A program made the translations under genes and the position numbers. The notes under the pieces were generated by a model, which was not told the DNA's origin, did not search any database, and worked only from the letters and a program-made list of their open reading frames with translations. A stretch of DNA of 64,000 nt. Source: Candidatus Cloacimonadales bacterium. Its GTDB lineage: Bacteria; Cloacimonadota; Cloacimonadia; Cloacimonadales; JAFGVF01. The stretch spans positions 32,001 through 96,000 of the forward strand of contig CAXXJV010000001.1 in the NCBI GenBank assembly GCA_963663475.2. The letters are read 5' to 3'. How positions within the stretch are numbered: the first letter of the stretch is position 1; each line of letters starts with the position of its first letter. Below, in pieces: positions 9,136-18,987 of the stretch.

Positions 9136-11157
9136 TTATTTAGTATCTTCTTCTTGTTCAGTTTCTTCATTTACTTCTGGAGTTTCAGGACTTTCAATTT
9201 CTTCTTTTACTTCTTCAACTTCAGGAGTTTCTTTAACTTCTTCAGGAGTTTCTACAACTTCTTCAGGAGTTTCTACAACTTCTTCAGGAGTTTCAGCAAG
9301 AGGAGCTGTTTGATTTTCACTTACATCTTCAGAAGGAATTTGTTCAGTTTCTTCAGCTTTTTTAGCTTCTTTTTTGGCTTCTTTTTTAGCTTCAGCTTTA
9401 GCTTTTTTAGCTTCTTTTTTAGCCATAATCTCTTCATGTTGTCCTTTATGGAAATCAACATAAGTGTTTAAGCTTTCTTGATCTCTTGAGAAGAAGAAGG
9501 CTTTAACAGAGAGAATTAATCTTCTGTTATCCATATCAAGTTCAATAACTTTTAATGGAATTTCTTCACCAACGGTGAAGTATTCATCTGGTGTTTCTAA
9601 TTTTGGTATTGCCAGATGAGAAACAGGTACGAATCCTTCGACAATATCACCATCACATTCGATATCTACTAAGATTCCCTTAGGAATAAGTTTAGATATT
9701 TTACCGATAATTTCAGTATTGAGTGGTAATTTATCGTTTAAGGTTTGCCATGGATCTTCATGAAGTTGTTTAATACCAAGAGCAACTCTATGGAGAGTTT
9801 TATCTATTGAGAGAACAACAGCTTCGATTTCTTGGTTTTTCTTATAAACATCTTTTGGATGGTAGATTCTCTTTGTCCATGAAATATCTGATACATGAAC
9901 AAGTCCATCAATACCATCTTCAACTTCAACAAATACACCAAAATCGGTTAAACTCTTAATTTTTCTTTTAAGAATAGTACCTTCAGGGTATTTCATATCA
10001 ATAGCTACCCATGGATTTGCTTCCATTTGTTTAAGACCAAGAGCAATTCTTTTTCTTTCTTTATCTACTGAAAGCACAATAGCTTCAACAGTTTCATCAA
10101 GCTTAAGTATTTGGTGAGGGTGGGTAATCTTCTTAGTCCATGACATTTCTGTAATATGGATAAGGCCTTCCACACCTGGTTCTAATTCAACAAAAGCGCC
10201 ATAAGGTGTTAAGTTAACTACCTTACCTTTAGCTCTTGTTCCTTCTTCATACTTAGTCTCAATGTTTTCCCAAGGTTGAGGAACTAACTGTTTGAGGCCA
10301 AGAGATACTTTCTCAGTTTCAGCTTCATAAGCAGTAACTTTAACTTTAAGCTTATCTCCAATGTTTAAAATATCAGATGGGTGATTAATTTTTCCCCAAG
10401 ACATATCAGTGATGTGTAGTAATCCGTCAATACCACCTAAATCAATAAATGCTCCGTAGTTGGTTATATTTTTAACTTCACCTTCGAGTTCTGCACCAAC
10501 TTCAATAATTTCACGTAACTTTTCTCTCTTTTCGGAGACTTCTTCTTCTAGCACATCTTTACGAGATACGATAATGTTTTTTCTATCAGCATCTAACTTG
10601 ATAATTTTAACATTAGCTGTTTTTCCAATAAACTGATCTAGGTTAGGAATTGGTTTTAAAGCAATTTGAGAGCCTGGTAAAAAGGCTTCTAAGCCAAATA
10701 CTTCTACAATCATTCCACCTTTGACACGGCGTCTGAAAATACCTTCAATAATTTCTTCTTTTTCAAAGGAAGCTTGTAATTTCTTGATATTCTCTTGGAA
10801 ATCTGCTTGTTTTTTAGAAAGTTTTACTTTCCCTTCGCCATCTTCTACTTTAACAATATAGACTTTAATATCAGAACCTACTTCTGGGCTTCCAGAATAG
10901 GTAAATTCTCCGATAGGGATTGACCCTTCAGATTTGTATCCGATATCAACTAAAACTTCACGATCATTTACACTAACTACTGTTCCGGTAACAATTTGAC
11001 CAGATTCATAATTAGAAAATGAATCATCATACATTTTTAGCATATCTTCATTGCTAATTTCATTCGCTTTCGACATTTCGTGCTTTGTTCCAGCACCGTT
11101 TTCTACTGCAGTTTCTGCAGGCACCTGAGTTTTGACTTCATTCTCGTTAAGACTCAT
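9136..11157 (-). CDS. rpsA: 30S ribosomal protein S1 with K/A-rich and acidic C-terminal tail
   Basis: Six S1 repeats (DIGYKSEG, AFLPGSQI, DGLLHITDMSW, EGLIHITEMSW, DGLVHVSDISW); ATGA overlap with the ispH stop. Confidence 0.95.
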   Translation of the reverse strand: MSLNENEVKTQVPAETAVENGAGTKHEMSKANEISNEDMLKMYDDSFSNYESGQIVTGTVVSVNDREVLVDIGYKSEGSIPIGEFTYSGSPEVGSDIKVYIVKVEDGEGKVKLSKKQADFQENIKKLQASFEKEEIIEGIFRRRVKGGMIVEVFGLEAFLPGSQIALKPIPNLDQFIGKTANVKIIKLDADRKNIIVSRKDVLEEEVSEKREKLREIIEVGAELEGEVKNITNYGAFIDLGGIDGLLHITDMSWGKINHPSDILNIGDKLKVKVTAYEAETEKVSLGLKQLVPQPWENIETKYEEGTRAKGKVVNLTPYGAFVELEPGVEGLIHITEMSWTKKITHPHQILKLDETVEAIVLSVDKERKRIALGLKQMEANPWVAIDMKYPEGTILKRKIKSLTDFGVFVEVEDGIDGLVHVSDISWTKRIYHPKDVYKKNQEIEAVVLSIDKTLHRVALGIKQLHEDPWQTLNDKLPLNTEIIGKISKLIPKGILVDIECDGDIVEGFVPVSHLAIPKLETPDEYFTVGEEIPLKVIELDMDNRRLILSVKAFFFSRDQESLNTYVDFHKGQHEEIMAKKEAKKAKAEAKKEAKKEAKKAEETEQIPSEDVSENQTAPLAETPEEVVETPEEVVETPEEVKETPEVEEVKEEIESPETPEVNEETEQEEDTK

Positions 11158-12044
11158 CGGGTTTCCTCCTTAAACACAGGAATTTCGCTAATAGACTTAA
11201 CTATCACCCCACCCCTGCTTATATTAATAATCTTATTATAAACATCTATAATTAAATCATCTGGAGTTGATGCTCCAGCACTGATTCCAATTTTATTTTT
11301 ATTAGTGCACCAGTCTGCATGCAATTCTTCAGCAGTTTCAATATGATAAGTTTCGGTATAGTTATTTGAGATTTTAGCTAACATTTTCGTGTTAGAACTC
11401 ATCTTACCACCGATAACAATCATAAGGTCACTAGCCTTGGCTAAAGCCCTAGTAGAATCTTGCCTTATAGTCGTAGCACTACAAATAGTATTAACTATAT
11501 GTAACTCAAAAGTTGTGTCAAGTAATTTTTTTACTATTTTTTCAAAAACTTCATATGTTTGAGTAGTTTGCGAAATCAAAGCCAGCTTTTTTCCCTTTAA
11601 ATTGGGGATTTCTTCTGGCGATTCCACAACTAAATATTTTCCAGTTAAATATGAAGTTAATGCTAAAACTTCTGGATGTTGACTATTTCCGAGTACGACA
11701 ACAAAGTATCCTTCTTTAGATAATTTCTCTCCCATAGATTGTAATTTACTCACATAGGGGCAGGTAGCATCTATTACATCAAGGCCTTTATCAGCCAGTT
11801 CTTTTTTAGCTTCCTTAGAAATACCATGAGATCTGATGATAGCAGGTGTTTTTGTAATTGCAGAAATATCATCTACGGAGTAAACACCTTTTTTCTCTAA
11901 TCTTTGCACAACTTGGGGGTTATGGATTATAGGTCCAATAGTAACAAGTTTCTCAGCTCTTTTTTCTGCTTCACTTTCAGCTATCTTAATAGCTCTTTTA
12001 ACGCCAAAGCAGAAACCAGAATTTTTAGCTAATCTTATTTGCAT
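11154..12044 (-). CDS. ispH: 4-hydroxy-3-methylbut-2-enyl diphosphate reductase
   Basis: GFCFGVKRA, IIHNPQVV, DATCPYV, SQTT, TICSAT, SSNT and AGASTPD motifs. Confidence 0.95.
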   Translation of the reverse strand: MQIRLAKNSGFCFGVKRAIKIAESEAEKRAEKLVTIGPIIHNPQVVQRLEKKGVYSVDDISAITKTPAIIRSHGISKEAKKELADKGLDVIDATCPYVSKLQSMGEKLSKEGYFVVVLGNSQHPEVLALTSYLTGKYLVVESPEEIPNLKGKKLALISQTTQTYEVFEKIVKKLLDTTFELHIVNTICSATTIRQDSTRALAKASDLMIVIGGKMSSNTKMLAKISNNYTETYHIETAEELHADWCTNKNKIGISAGASTPDDLIIDVYNKIINISRGGVIVKSISEIPVFKEETR

Positions 12045-12636
12045 CTTTCAATCCATTTATAATTTCTAAGATTTTACGAGATAGGTCTCGGTAACTATCT
12101 TTATTAACGGGTAAATCTTGATAAAAGCTAGGGTTCAATGGCTGGCCAATATGCATCCTGAGTTTTTTAATTCTCAAGAGGCATTGTAGCAAGTGGTTGC
12201 TATTTTCCAAATAAATTGGGAGAATGCTAGATTTGGTATTCATAGCTAGCATTCCAATACCTGGTTTAGCAATAAATGACTTTCTTGAACCTTCGGGAAA
12301 AATAACGATTGTTTCATCATTATTTAGAATATTATTTATGGTAGTTAAGGCTCTTTTATCGACTACTCCTCGTCTGACTGGTGTTGCATTGAATTTGGAA
12401 ATCAACCAGCCAAAAGGCTTGAATTTAAAGAGTTCTTCTTTAGCCATAAAGTGGATAGCTATTGGCATAGTTGAACCAATCAAGGGAGGGTCAAAATTAG
12501 ACATATGGTTAGAGGCTATAATGCAGCGGTGAGAAAAAACATCTTGTAAATTCTCTCTGCCAATTATTTTTAAGCCAAAAACATATTTAAATATTATGTT
12601 TACACTTTTTGAGATAATTCTATAATATGCTTTCAC
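12025..12636 (-). CDS. plsC: 1-acyl-sn-glycerol-3-phosphate acyltransferase
   Basis: NHxxxxD (SNHMSNFD), FMAKEELF and IFPEGSR motifs. Confidence 0.9.
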   Translation of the reverse strand: MKAYYRIISKSVNIIFKYVFGLKIIGRENLQDVFSHRCIIASNHMSNFDPPLIGSTMPIAIHFMAKEELFKFKPFGWLISKFNATPVRRGVVDKRALTTINNILNNDETIVIFPEGSRKSFIAKPGIGMLAMNTKSSILPIYLENSNHLLQCLLRIKKLRMHIGQPLNPSFYQDLPVNKDSYRDLSRKILEIINGLKDANKIS

Positions 12637-13319
12637 TTTCCCTTCCTAATGTAAGCCATAATTTCGGCAACTTGTTCTTGAATAGAGAGATTAGTAGAAT
12701 CAATAAGAATAGCATCTTCAGCTTGTTTTAAAGGAGCAATAGCCCTGTGAGAATCATTATAATCTCTACTTTCTAGCTCTGCTTTCACCTCTGCAAAAGA
12801 CTTTTCAGATCCCTTAGCCTTTTCTTCTAAATAGCGTCTCTGTGCCCTCTCTTCTAAATCAGCTACCATAAAGAATTTAAAGTCGGCATTAGGAAAGACG
12901 ACTGTTCCGATATCTCTTCCATCCATAACAATACCTTTATTCTGGCCTAGTTTTCTCTGTAAAGCTGTCATACCCTGTCTAACTATTCCAATAGCAGAAA
13001 TATCCGAGGCCAGCTTTCCTACTTGAGGTTGTCTGATAGCTTGAGATACATCTTCCCCATCTAATAAAACCCTATTATTAGGCAGTGAGTATTTGATTTG
13101 CACATCAATTTCTGCCATCATTTTGGTTAAAGCAGGAATATCACTTAAGGCTATTCCTAGACGATGAGCTTTTAAACCGCAGGCTCTATACATTGCTCCA
13201 GTATCTAAATAGACATAGTGTAAATGCTTTGCTAATTCTTTAGCAGTAGTAGACTTACCTGATGAAGCAGGTCCATCAATAGCAATTATAAATTTATTAG
13301 TTTTAGTGTTTTTTTCCAT
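12633..13319 (-). CDS. cmk: Cytidylate kinase
   Basis: IAIDGPASSGKST, DTGAMYRA, MDGRDIGTVVFP; standard cmk-rpsA context. Confidence 0.95.
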   Translation of the reverse strand: MEKNTKTNKFIIAIDGPASSGKSTTAKELAKHLHYVYLDTGAMYRACGLKAHRLGIALSDIPALTKMMAEIDVQIKYSLPNNRVLLDGEDVSQAIRQPQVGKLASDISAIGIVRQGMTALQRKLGQNKGIVMDGRDIGTVVFPNADFKFFMVADLEERAQRRYLEEKAKGSEKSFAEVKAELESRDYNDSHRAIAPLKQAEDAILIDSTNLSIQEQVAEIMAYIRKGK

Positions 13320-13382
13320 ATTAGACTATTTTCCATTATTTTCAAAAATAGTCAAATGTTTTTTTCTAAGAAAATACAAGAA

Positions 13383-13423
13383 ACTGCCTTGATTCCCCTC
13401 AGAGGAAGAGTAATCAAGGCAGT
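13383..13423 (-). terminator. Hairpin/terminator after LamG gene
   Basis: ACTGCCTTGATT...AATCAAGGCAGT 12-bp inverted repeat just past the stop. Confidence 0.55.
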
Positions 13424-13439
13424 CTAATCTTTTGTGAAG

Positions 13440-15359
13440 CTATTTTTTAAGAATCATTTTCTGGGTCCAAGACGCTTTATTGCTGGTCATTCGGTAGAAG
13501 TAGACTCCGCTTGCCACCTTTTGATCTTTATTAGTTACGCCATTCCAGTTTATGCTATAATCACCTGCCTGGCCATGAATCACCGACTTATGCCAAATCT
13601 TTCTACCAGCGATATTAAAGATTTCAATTTCCACTCTACCAGCTTCTTCTAAAGAATAAGAGATTGTAGTAGAAGGATTAAATGGATTTGGATAGGCATT
13701 ATGAAGTCTGGTTTGCTGGGGGATATCTATTACTGGGTTTTCAAAATTATCTTCAATAAGGATAGTGATTGGTCCATGATAATAATTATTACCAGAGAGT
13801 TCGCTTATTTTCAACCAATAATAATATCTTCCACTTTCTTTTAAATTATTATCTACAAAGCTATAATTATGAGTCAAAGATGTATTAGTAGCATCAACAA
13901 TTGAACCCACCTGACTAGCAAGTGCAAGGTCATTTTCTGGAGCTCTTAAAACATTAAAGCCATATAAATCTGATTCACTATGAGTTACCCAATCCAAGGA
14001 AACTGTGTAATCACCTGAGTAAACACCAGTAAAGGAAGCAAAGGTTACTGGTAAGGTTGCATCTTCGGGAGAGATAATTACTGGGACATCACTTTTACTG
14101 GCAAAAGGCACATTTGAGAATAAGACTTGAGAAGGTCCAGTAGCAGGATATGGGTTACCTTGATGCCATGTTAAGCCACCATTCTCAGGATCATTATAAT
14201 AGGCTATGACATACCAAGTACCTGCAGGAACAGCTATGTTGAGATTACTGGTAGTTGAGCCATTAAAGACCATTACTATATCATTATCTGTAGTATTTGC
14301 TGGTGAAGGTACTCCTAATGTTTCAATAGATCCTTGAGTAGCAGTAATTGGAACATCCACCTGTCCACTATAAGTAAAGCCAGGATTAACAGGATCATCT
14401 AAAGTAAAAGTTCCTACAAAAGAAATATTTTTATTGCTACTTAAATTACTTAAGATATTGCTATCTGAGCCAGAAGCTAAGGTCCATATATAGTTATCCT
14501 TTTCAGCAGAGACAGTGCCACTGAAGCCATTTTCAAGGCTAATTTTTCCAGGGTCATTTCCATAATTTTGAGTATCTGCATATATGGTTACTCCACTTAT
14601 ATTACCAGTATTTATATTTATTGAATAATAAGGAACATTATCAGACCAAGATGCATTTACTAAAGTAGCATTATAATTGCTATTTGCACTATTGATGACT
14701 GTTGTTCCGGAACCTGTATCAAAGAGAAATTCAGCCAAGAGATTGTCACCAGTTACTGAATTGAAACGATTATCAGCTATTTCAGTTTGAGAACGGGCGA
14801 TCTTCCAGATACGAACTTGATCAATATTACCAATCAGGTTACGCCAATCATTAGTTCTGCTATCGATAGCACCAATCAAAAGTCTCTTTGAAGTGGTAGG
14901 AATACTTATAGAATGATATAAGGAAGCTTTTTCAGCACCATTCACATATAATTTAACCTCGTTACCATTGTAGGTAGCAGCTACATGTTGCCATTTATTC
15001 AAAGTTAAGACATTATTTGCTGTGCAATCAGTCCAGTTACTGCCACCATTACTCATATTAAATTCTAATGTTCCCGATGCAGACCCATACCTAAAAGACC
15101 AGCCATAGGTAATTGATCCATCCTCATCATCCCAATCTGTTTCAGCAGCTATTGTACTCCTCCAAGAAGTATCTTTAAAGTTTGTGGGATAAATCCAGGC
15201 TTCAATTGTTAGATTGTTTGTGAGGTCATAGTAAGTTGAATTTCCACAATCAAGATACTGTCCTTCCCCATTGAACTGCAGAGAATGTTCACTTCCACTA
15301 AGACTTACACCAAAGAAGACCATACAAGTTAAGAAAATAAGAAAAGTTTTTAGAGACAT
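13440..15359 (-). CDS. Secreted LamG-like jellyroll protein with C-terminal FlgD-Ig/T9SS-type domain
   Basis: Signal peptide; LTIEAWIYP, WQHVAATYNG...LYVNG, IDQVRIW; LPVTFASF linker; AYPNPFNPSTTISY CTD; AAGGAG RBS. Confidence 0.85.
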   Translation of the reverse strand: MSLKTFLIFLTCMVFFGVSLSGSEHSLQFNGEGQYLDCGNSTYYDLTNNLTIEAWIYPTNFKDTSWRSTIAAETDWDDEDGSITYGWSFRYGSASGTLEFNMSNGGSNWTDCTANNVLTLNKWQHVAATYNGNEVKLYVNGAEKASLYHSISIPTTSKRLLIGAIDSRTNDWRNLIGNIDQVRIWKIARSQTEIADNRFNSVTGDNLLAEFLFDTGSGTTVINSANSNYNATLVNASWSDNVPYYSININTGNISGVTIYADTQNYGNDPGKISLENGFSGTVSAEKDNYIWTLASGSDSNILSNLSSNKNISFVGTFTLDDPVNPGFTYSGQVDVPITATQGSIETLGVPSPANTTDNDIVMVFNGSTTSNLNIAVPAGTWYVIAYYNDPENGGLTWHQGNPYPATGPSQVLFSNVPFASKSDVPVIISPEDATLPVTFASFTGVYSGDYTVSLDWVTHSESDLYGFNVLRAPENDLALASQVGSIVDATNTSLTHNYSFVDNNLKESGRYYYWLKISELSGNNYYHGPITILIEDNFENPVIDIPQQTRLHNAYPNPFNPSTTISYSLEEAGRVEIEIFNIAGRKIWHKSVIHGQAGDYSINWNGVTNKDQKVASGVYFYRMTSNKASWTQKMILKK

Positions 15360-15409
15360 ATAAATACTCCTTTTATATTAATTTAATAATTTTATTTTCT
15401 CTTTATTAG

Positions 15410-15426
15410 TGCAAATCATAGGCCAA
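15410..15426 (-). promoter_or_regulatory. Sigma54 (-24/-12) promoter for the LamG gene
   Basis: Minus strand TTGGCCTATGATTTGCA = GG-N10-GC with the TGGC/TTGCA consensus, ~50 bp upstream of ATG 15359, next to a sigma54 activator gene. Confidence 0.7.
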
Positions 15427-15499
15427 GAATAGTCAAAAAATGCTAGTTATTAAAGGACTAATTTACAGATAGATAGCAAAAATAAATATTTTCATTTTA

Positions 15500-15540
15500 A
15501 AAAGTTTTCATATATTTAGTGAAAATGAAAACTTTTCACT
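15500..15540. promoter_or_regulatory. Candidate upstream activator sequence (overlapping inverted repeats)
   Basis: AAAAGTTTTCAT(15500-15511)/ATGAAAACTTTT(15525-15536) and AGTGAAAA/TTTTCACT, ~75-115 bp upstream of the -24 box. Confidence 0.4.
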
Positions 15541-15554
15541 GAAAACTCTTAGTC

Positions 15555-15880
15555 AGAGTGACGGGAGTTGCTCACGGAGTAGCAACTTCCGACACTCTTC
15601 GCCCGAAGTCCCTTGCCTACGGCTGAGGAACTCCGGTCTGTGTTTACTCTCCCCGCCTTACGGCACCCCTCTCATACCGCTCTTACGAGCTGAAAGGGGA
15701 ATTAGAGCTCTCCGTCTCCCTATCTCCCTGTCTCCCCGTCTTTAAGCCGAAAGGCGAAAATCTTCTTATTCGTGTTTTATTTGTGTTTATTTGTGGCTAA
15801 ACTCTTCTTCTTATCTATGTTTTTTGTAGGCAGTTTGAAACTGCCTACTGCGGGCAAGGATGCCCGCGTTCCCAGTTAGA
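15555..15880. repeat. Mosaic of REP-like modules (cluster A)
   Basis: GC-rich hairpins; modules recur at 18231-18585, 19815-20035, 23441-23820, 25837-25950 and 63146-63175. Confidence 0.8.
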
Positions 15881-15883
15881 ATC

Positions 15884-18115
15884 TTATTTCTTCTTTTGAT
15901 TAATACTAGTATAAGCTTGCAGATTATATTTTTCGATTCTTCTAGTCATGGTAGAATTACTCATCATTAAGAATTTAGCAGCATCCCTCCGGATTCCTTT
16001 GAAACGTATTAAGGCTTTAATAATTTTTTCTCTTTCATCTTCATTATCTGCACATATAGAGTTTTTTTCACCAAAATTCAAGGAACATATTTCAGCAAGT
16101 AATTGAGCATCCCAGTAGTTACTTTGCCCAAGAATAAACATTTTTTCAATAATATTTTTTAGTTCTCTGACATTTCCTGGGAAGTTATAGTCTTGCAAGT
16201 AGCTTATAAAAGAAGAATGAATTTCGGGAGCTAGTTTTTTATGTTCATTGCAAAAGATGTTAATAAAGTGGTCTACGAGAAGAGGGATATCTTCTTTTCT
16301 GTCTCTGAGTGGAGGGATAACAATTTCTATAGTATTAATGCGGTAAAGGAGATCTAATCTAAATAAATCATTATTTACCAGATCAATAATATCTCTATTG
16401 GAAGAGGAAATTATTCTAGCATCAAAGCTAACCTCATTACAAGAACCTACAGGTATTACTTTTCTACTTTCTAGAACACGTAATAGTTTAGCTTGGAATC
16501 CAACAGGGATTTCTGATATTTCATCAATGAATAGAGTCCCCTTATGGGCTTTAAGAAAGAGTCCTTTTTCATCACTAATAGCTCCAGTATAAGAACCTTT
16601 TTTATGGCCAAAGAGTTCGCTTTCCATTAAACTTGAGGAGATTGCTGCAGCATTAATAGGGATAAAGGGGTAATCTTTTCTAGGACTAGCATTATGAATA
16701 AAGTTAGCAATAAGATCTTTCCCTGTGCCAGATTCCCCACGAAGTAAAACATTAGCATTTGGTTCTTTAGCAAGCAACAAAGCAGTCTGTAGAATTTTAC
16801 GGCTAGCTTGACTGACACCTACAAAGTCTCCCCTAGCAAACATGTTATTTGAGGAAGGAGTTTTATTAAATTTAGTAAAATCTAGATTTGTAATTTCATG
16901 AGAATTTTCTTGGTTTTTAAGTTTGTTTATATCTTTAAGTAAATCATCTTGGATCTTTTTCATTAAAGAGAAGCACTTCTTATAATCTTGCTTACTATCA
17001 TATAATTGGACAAGCTTTTCTCTAGCATGGCGAAAGTGTTCTTTAAGCTTGTATTTCTTGCTAGTCTTCAGACTTTTCAGGAATAAAATCTCAGCTCTAT
17101 CATATTCCCCTGTATCCATTAACATCTTGCCCAGATTGAGATAAATTTCTTGTTCAGCAACTATATCACCAATTTCTGAAGCAATTTTAACTGCTTTATC
17201 CATATCTGAAATTGCCTTATTGAAGTCACCCTTTAAAGCATGAGCAATTGCATAATTATTATACAAATCTAGGAGAAATTCGGGCACATTAAAGGTATTT
17301 TCTTGAGCAAGTTGTCTGCAAGTATCCAAATAACTGATGGCTTCTGTGAAAGAATTACTTTTTATTTTTAATACAGCTAAGTTAAAGACAACCTGGATTC
17401 TTTGAATCATCAACCCAAGATTTATACTAAGAGTGTTAGCCTCTAATAAGTGTTTTTCTGCTTCGGGAAAGCGTTTCAAATCTTGTAAAACTTTTGCTAG
17501 ACTTGTATCTAAAAGTAAAGTAAATTGCTGATTATCCTCTCTTTTGCTAATTTCCATTCCCATATAAAGATAGTTTAGTGCTTTGTCTAACTGCTTGTCT
17601 GATATATAAATATTAGCTAAACTTAATAATGATTGGAGCTTTATCTGGGATTCTCCCTGATTTGCTAAAATCTCTTGAACTTGCTTATGAAAATCTTCTG
17701 CTAACGCGAAATTGTTGAGTCTAAAATATGAATCACCTCTATAGGCCAAAACAGCAGCTAAGAGTAAACTATCCTCTGCTTGTCTAGCATTTTTTTCAGC
17801 AGTATCTAGATATAATTTTTCTTGCTTTAGATCATTACGGAAGCAAAGACTCAGTAAGAGATTGGCATGAACTAAGAAAAAATGATTATTATCTGAAATT
17901 GCCTTGGTCAGAATTTCCTTCAGTAGGGGTTCTGCTAACTCATAACGCCCAATCTTTGTATAGGCGTAAGCATCAATAAATAAGAAATGATTCTCAGAAA
18001 GACCTTCATATTTTTGTCTATAGTCCTGAGACTTTTGCAAATATTCCACAGGATTTTTATGACAGACATCTCTTAAAGTCTTAAATTTCTCTTCCAAATG
18101 ACTTGTTTTTTTCAT
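15884..18115 (-). CDS. Sigma54-dependent transcriptional activator (TPR sensor, AAA+, HTH)
   Basis: N-terminal TPR-like helices; GESGTGKD Walker A, ESELFGHKKGSYTGA loop, FIDEISE, FRLDLLYRIN, FPGNVRELKN; C-terminal HTH. Start reassigned from GTG 18226 to ATG 18115. Confidence 0.9.
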   Translation of the reverse strand: MKKTSHLEEKFKTLRDVCHKNPVEYLQKSQDYRQKYEGLSENHFLFIDAYAYTKIGRYELAEPLLKEILTKAISDNNHFFLVHANLLLSLCFRNDLKQEKLYLDTAEKNARQAEDSLLLAAVLAYRGDSYFRLNNFALAEDFHKQVQEILANQGESQIKLQSLLSLANIYISDKQLDKALNYLYMGMEISKREDNQQFTLLLDTSLAKVLQDLKRFPEAEKHLLEANTLSINLGLMIQRIQVVFNLAVLKIKSNSFTEAISYLDTCRQLAQENTFNVPEFLLDLYNNYAIAHALKGDFNKAISDMDKAVKIASEIGDIVAEQEIYLNLGKMLMDTGEYDRAEILFLKSLKTSKKYKLKEHFRHAREKLVQLYDSKQDYKKCFSLMKKIQDDLLKDINKLKNQENSHEITNLDFTKFNKTPSSNNMFARGDFVGVSQASRKILQTALLLAKEPNANVLLRGESGTGKDLIANFIHNASPRKDYPFIPINAAAISSSLMESELFGHKKGSYTGAISDEKGLFLKAHKGTLFIDEISEIPVGFQAKLLRVLESRKVIPVGSCNEVSFDARIISSSNRDIIDLVNNDLFRLDLLYRINTIEIVIPPLRDRKEDIPLLVDHFINIFCNEHKKLAPEIHSSFISYLQDYNFPGNVRELKNIIEKMFILGQSNYWDAQLLAEICSLNFGEKNSICADNEDEREKIIKALIRFKGIRRDAAKFLMMSNSTMTRRIEKYNLQAYTSINQKKK

Positions 18116-18230
18116 TTTTTCTTCCCTAATAAAATCTATATAAAAACAATTATCTCCAACTAAGGAGCAATCTGTCAAGTTTATTCTCACTTTCCCATGG
18201 ACTTCTTTACCCATTAAGGCCCACACAAGA

Positions 18231-18585
18231 AGACGGGGTGACGGGGAGAAAGAAGTTTTTCGCCTTTCGGCTCAAAGACGGGGTGACGGGACTAACTGGG
18301 AACGCGAGCATCCTTGCTCGCAGTAGGCAGTATAAAACAGCCTATAAAAGAAAGTTTTCTCCTTTCGGATCAAAGACGGAGAGACGGGACTAACTGGGAA
18401 CGCGAGCATCCTTGCTCGCAGTAGGCAGTTTCAAACTGCCTACAAAAGAAGTCTATCCACGGATTTCACGAATTTCACGGATTTTTTAAGAACCTTAACA
18501 CAGAGTTCACAGAGGTTACCACAGACTTTTAAGAAGGAAGATTCTTCACACAAATTACCACAAATTGAGACGAATTTCACGAATT
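18231..18585. repeat. Mosaic of REP-like modules (cluster B), inverted relative to cluster A; contains a ~99-bp tandem duplication
   Basis: CTAACTGGGAACGCGAGCATCCTTGCTCGCAGTAGGCAG... at 18292 and 18390; 9-nt periodic CACGGATTT/CACAGAGTT runs. Confidence 0.8.
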
Positions 18586-18589
18586 ATTT

Positions 18590-18987
18590 TTTACTAAAAG
18601 CAACAATATTAAGCTAATTACAGGTTCATTAAGTAAAGCTAAATGGCTATATGAAGGGAAAAAGCAAGAGCACTATGAAAATATGGAGAAAATAAAAGCC
18701 GAAGTCAATACAATCAACAAATTATTGACAGTTTACAAGACAATGATAATATGTATTTAGCTGTTAATAAAGTTAATAAAAACCATACTTTAAAAAGGGT
18801 TAAATATCATCATCTAGGTGATAAAGGTCTTAAAAAACACCTATTTACTATCTTCTTGGTTAAAGATGGTAAGATTGTTACCAGTCACTTAAAACCAGAG
18901 CCTAAGATATTGCCAAAGGTTAAAGATAAAGCAATAAAGGTTGTTAGTATTAATAATGGTAAACAAAGAATAATTAAGGAAGCTATC
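18590..18987 (+). pseudogene. Start-less, frameshifted fragment resembling a polymorphic-toxin C-terminal RNase domain
   Basis: Joining frames across the A4 run at 18678-18681 gives KAKWLYEGKKQEHYEKYGENKSRSQYNQQII...IFLVKDGKIVTSHL; no start codon; begins at the repeat border. Confidence 0.35.

Noticed and set aside
9154-9471. Phe-rich + strand ORF (likewise 63521-63937)
   Set aside because: Antisense shadow of Glu/Lys-rich low-complexity coding sequence
18116-18226. N-terminal 37 aa of the sigma54 activator from GTG 18226
   Set aside because: Overlaps a TTGACA promoter-like element and starts at the repeat border; ATG 18115 has a purine-rich RBS
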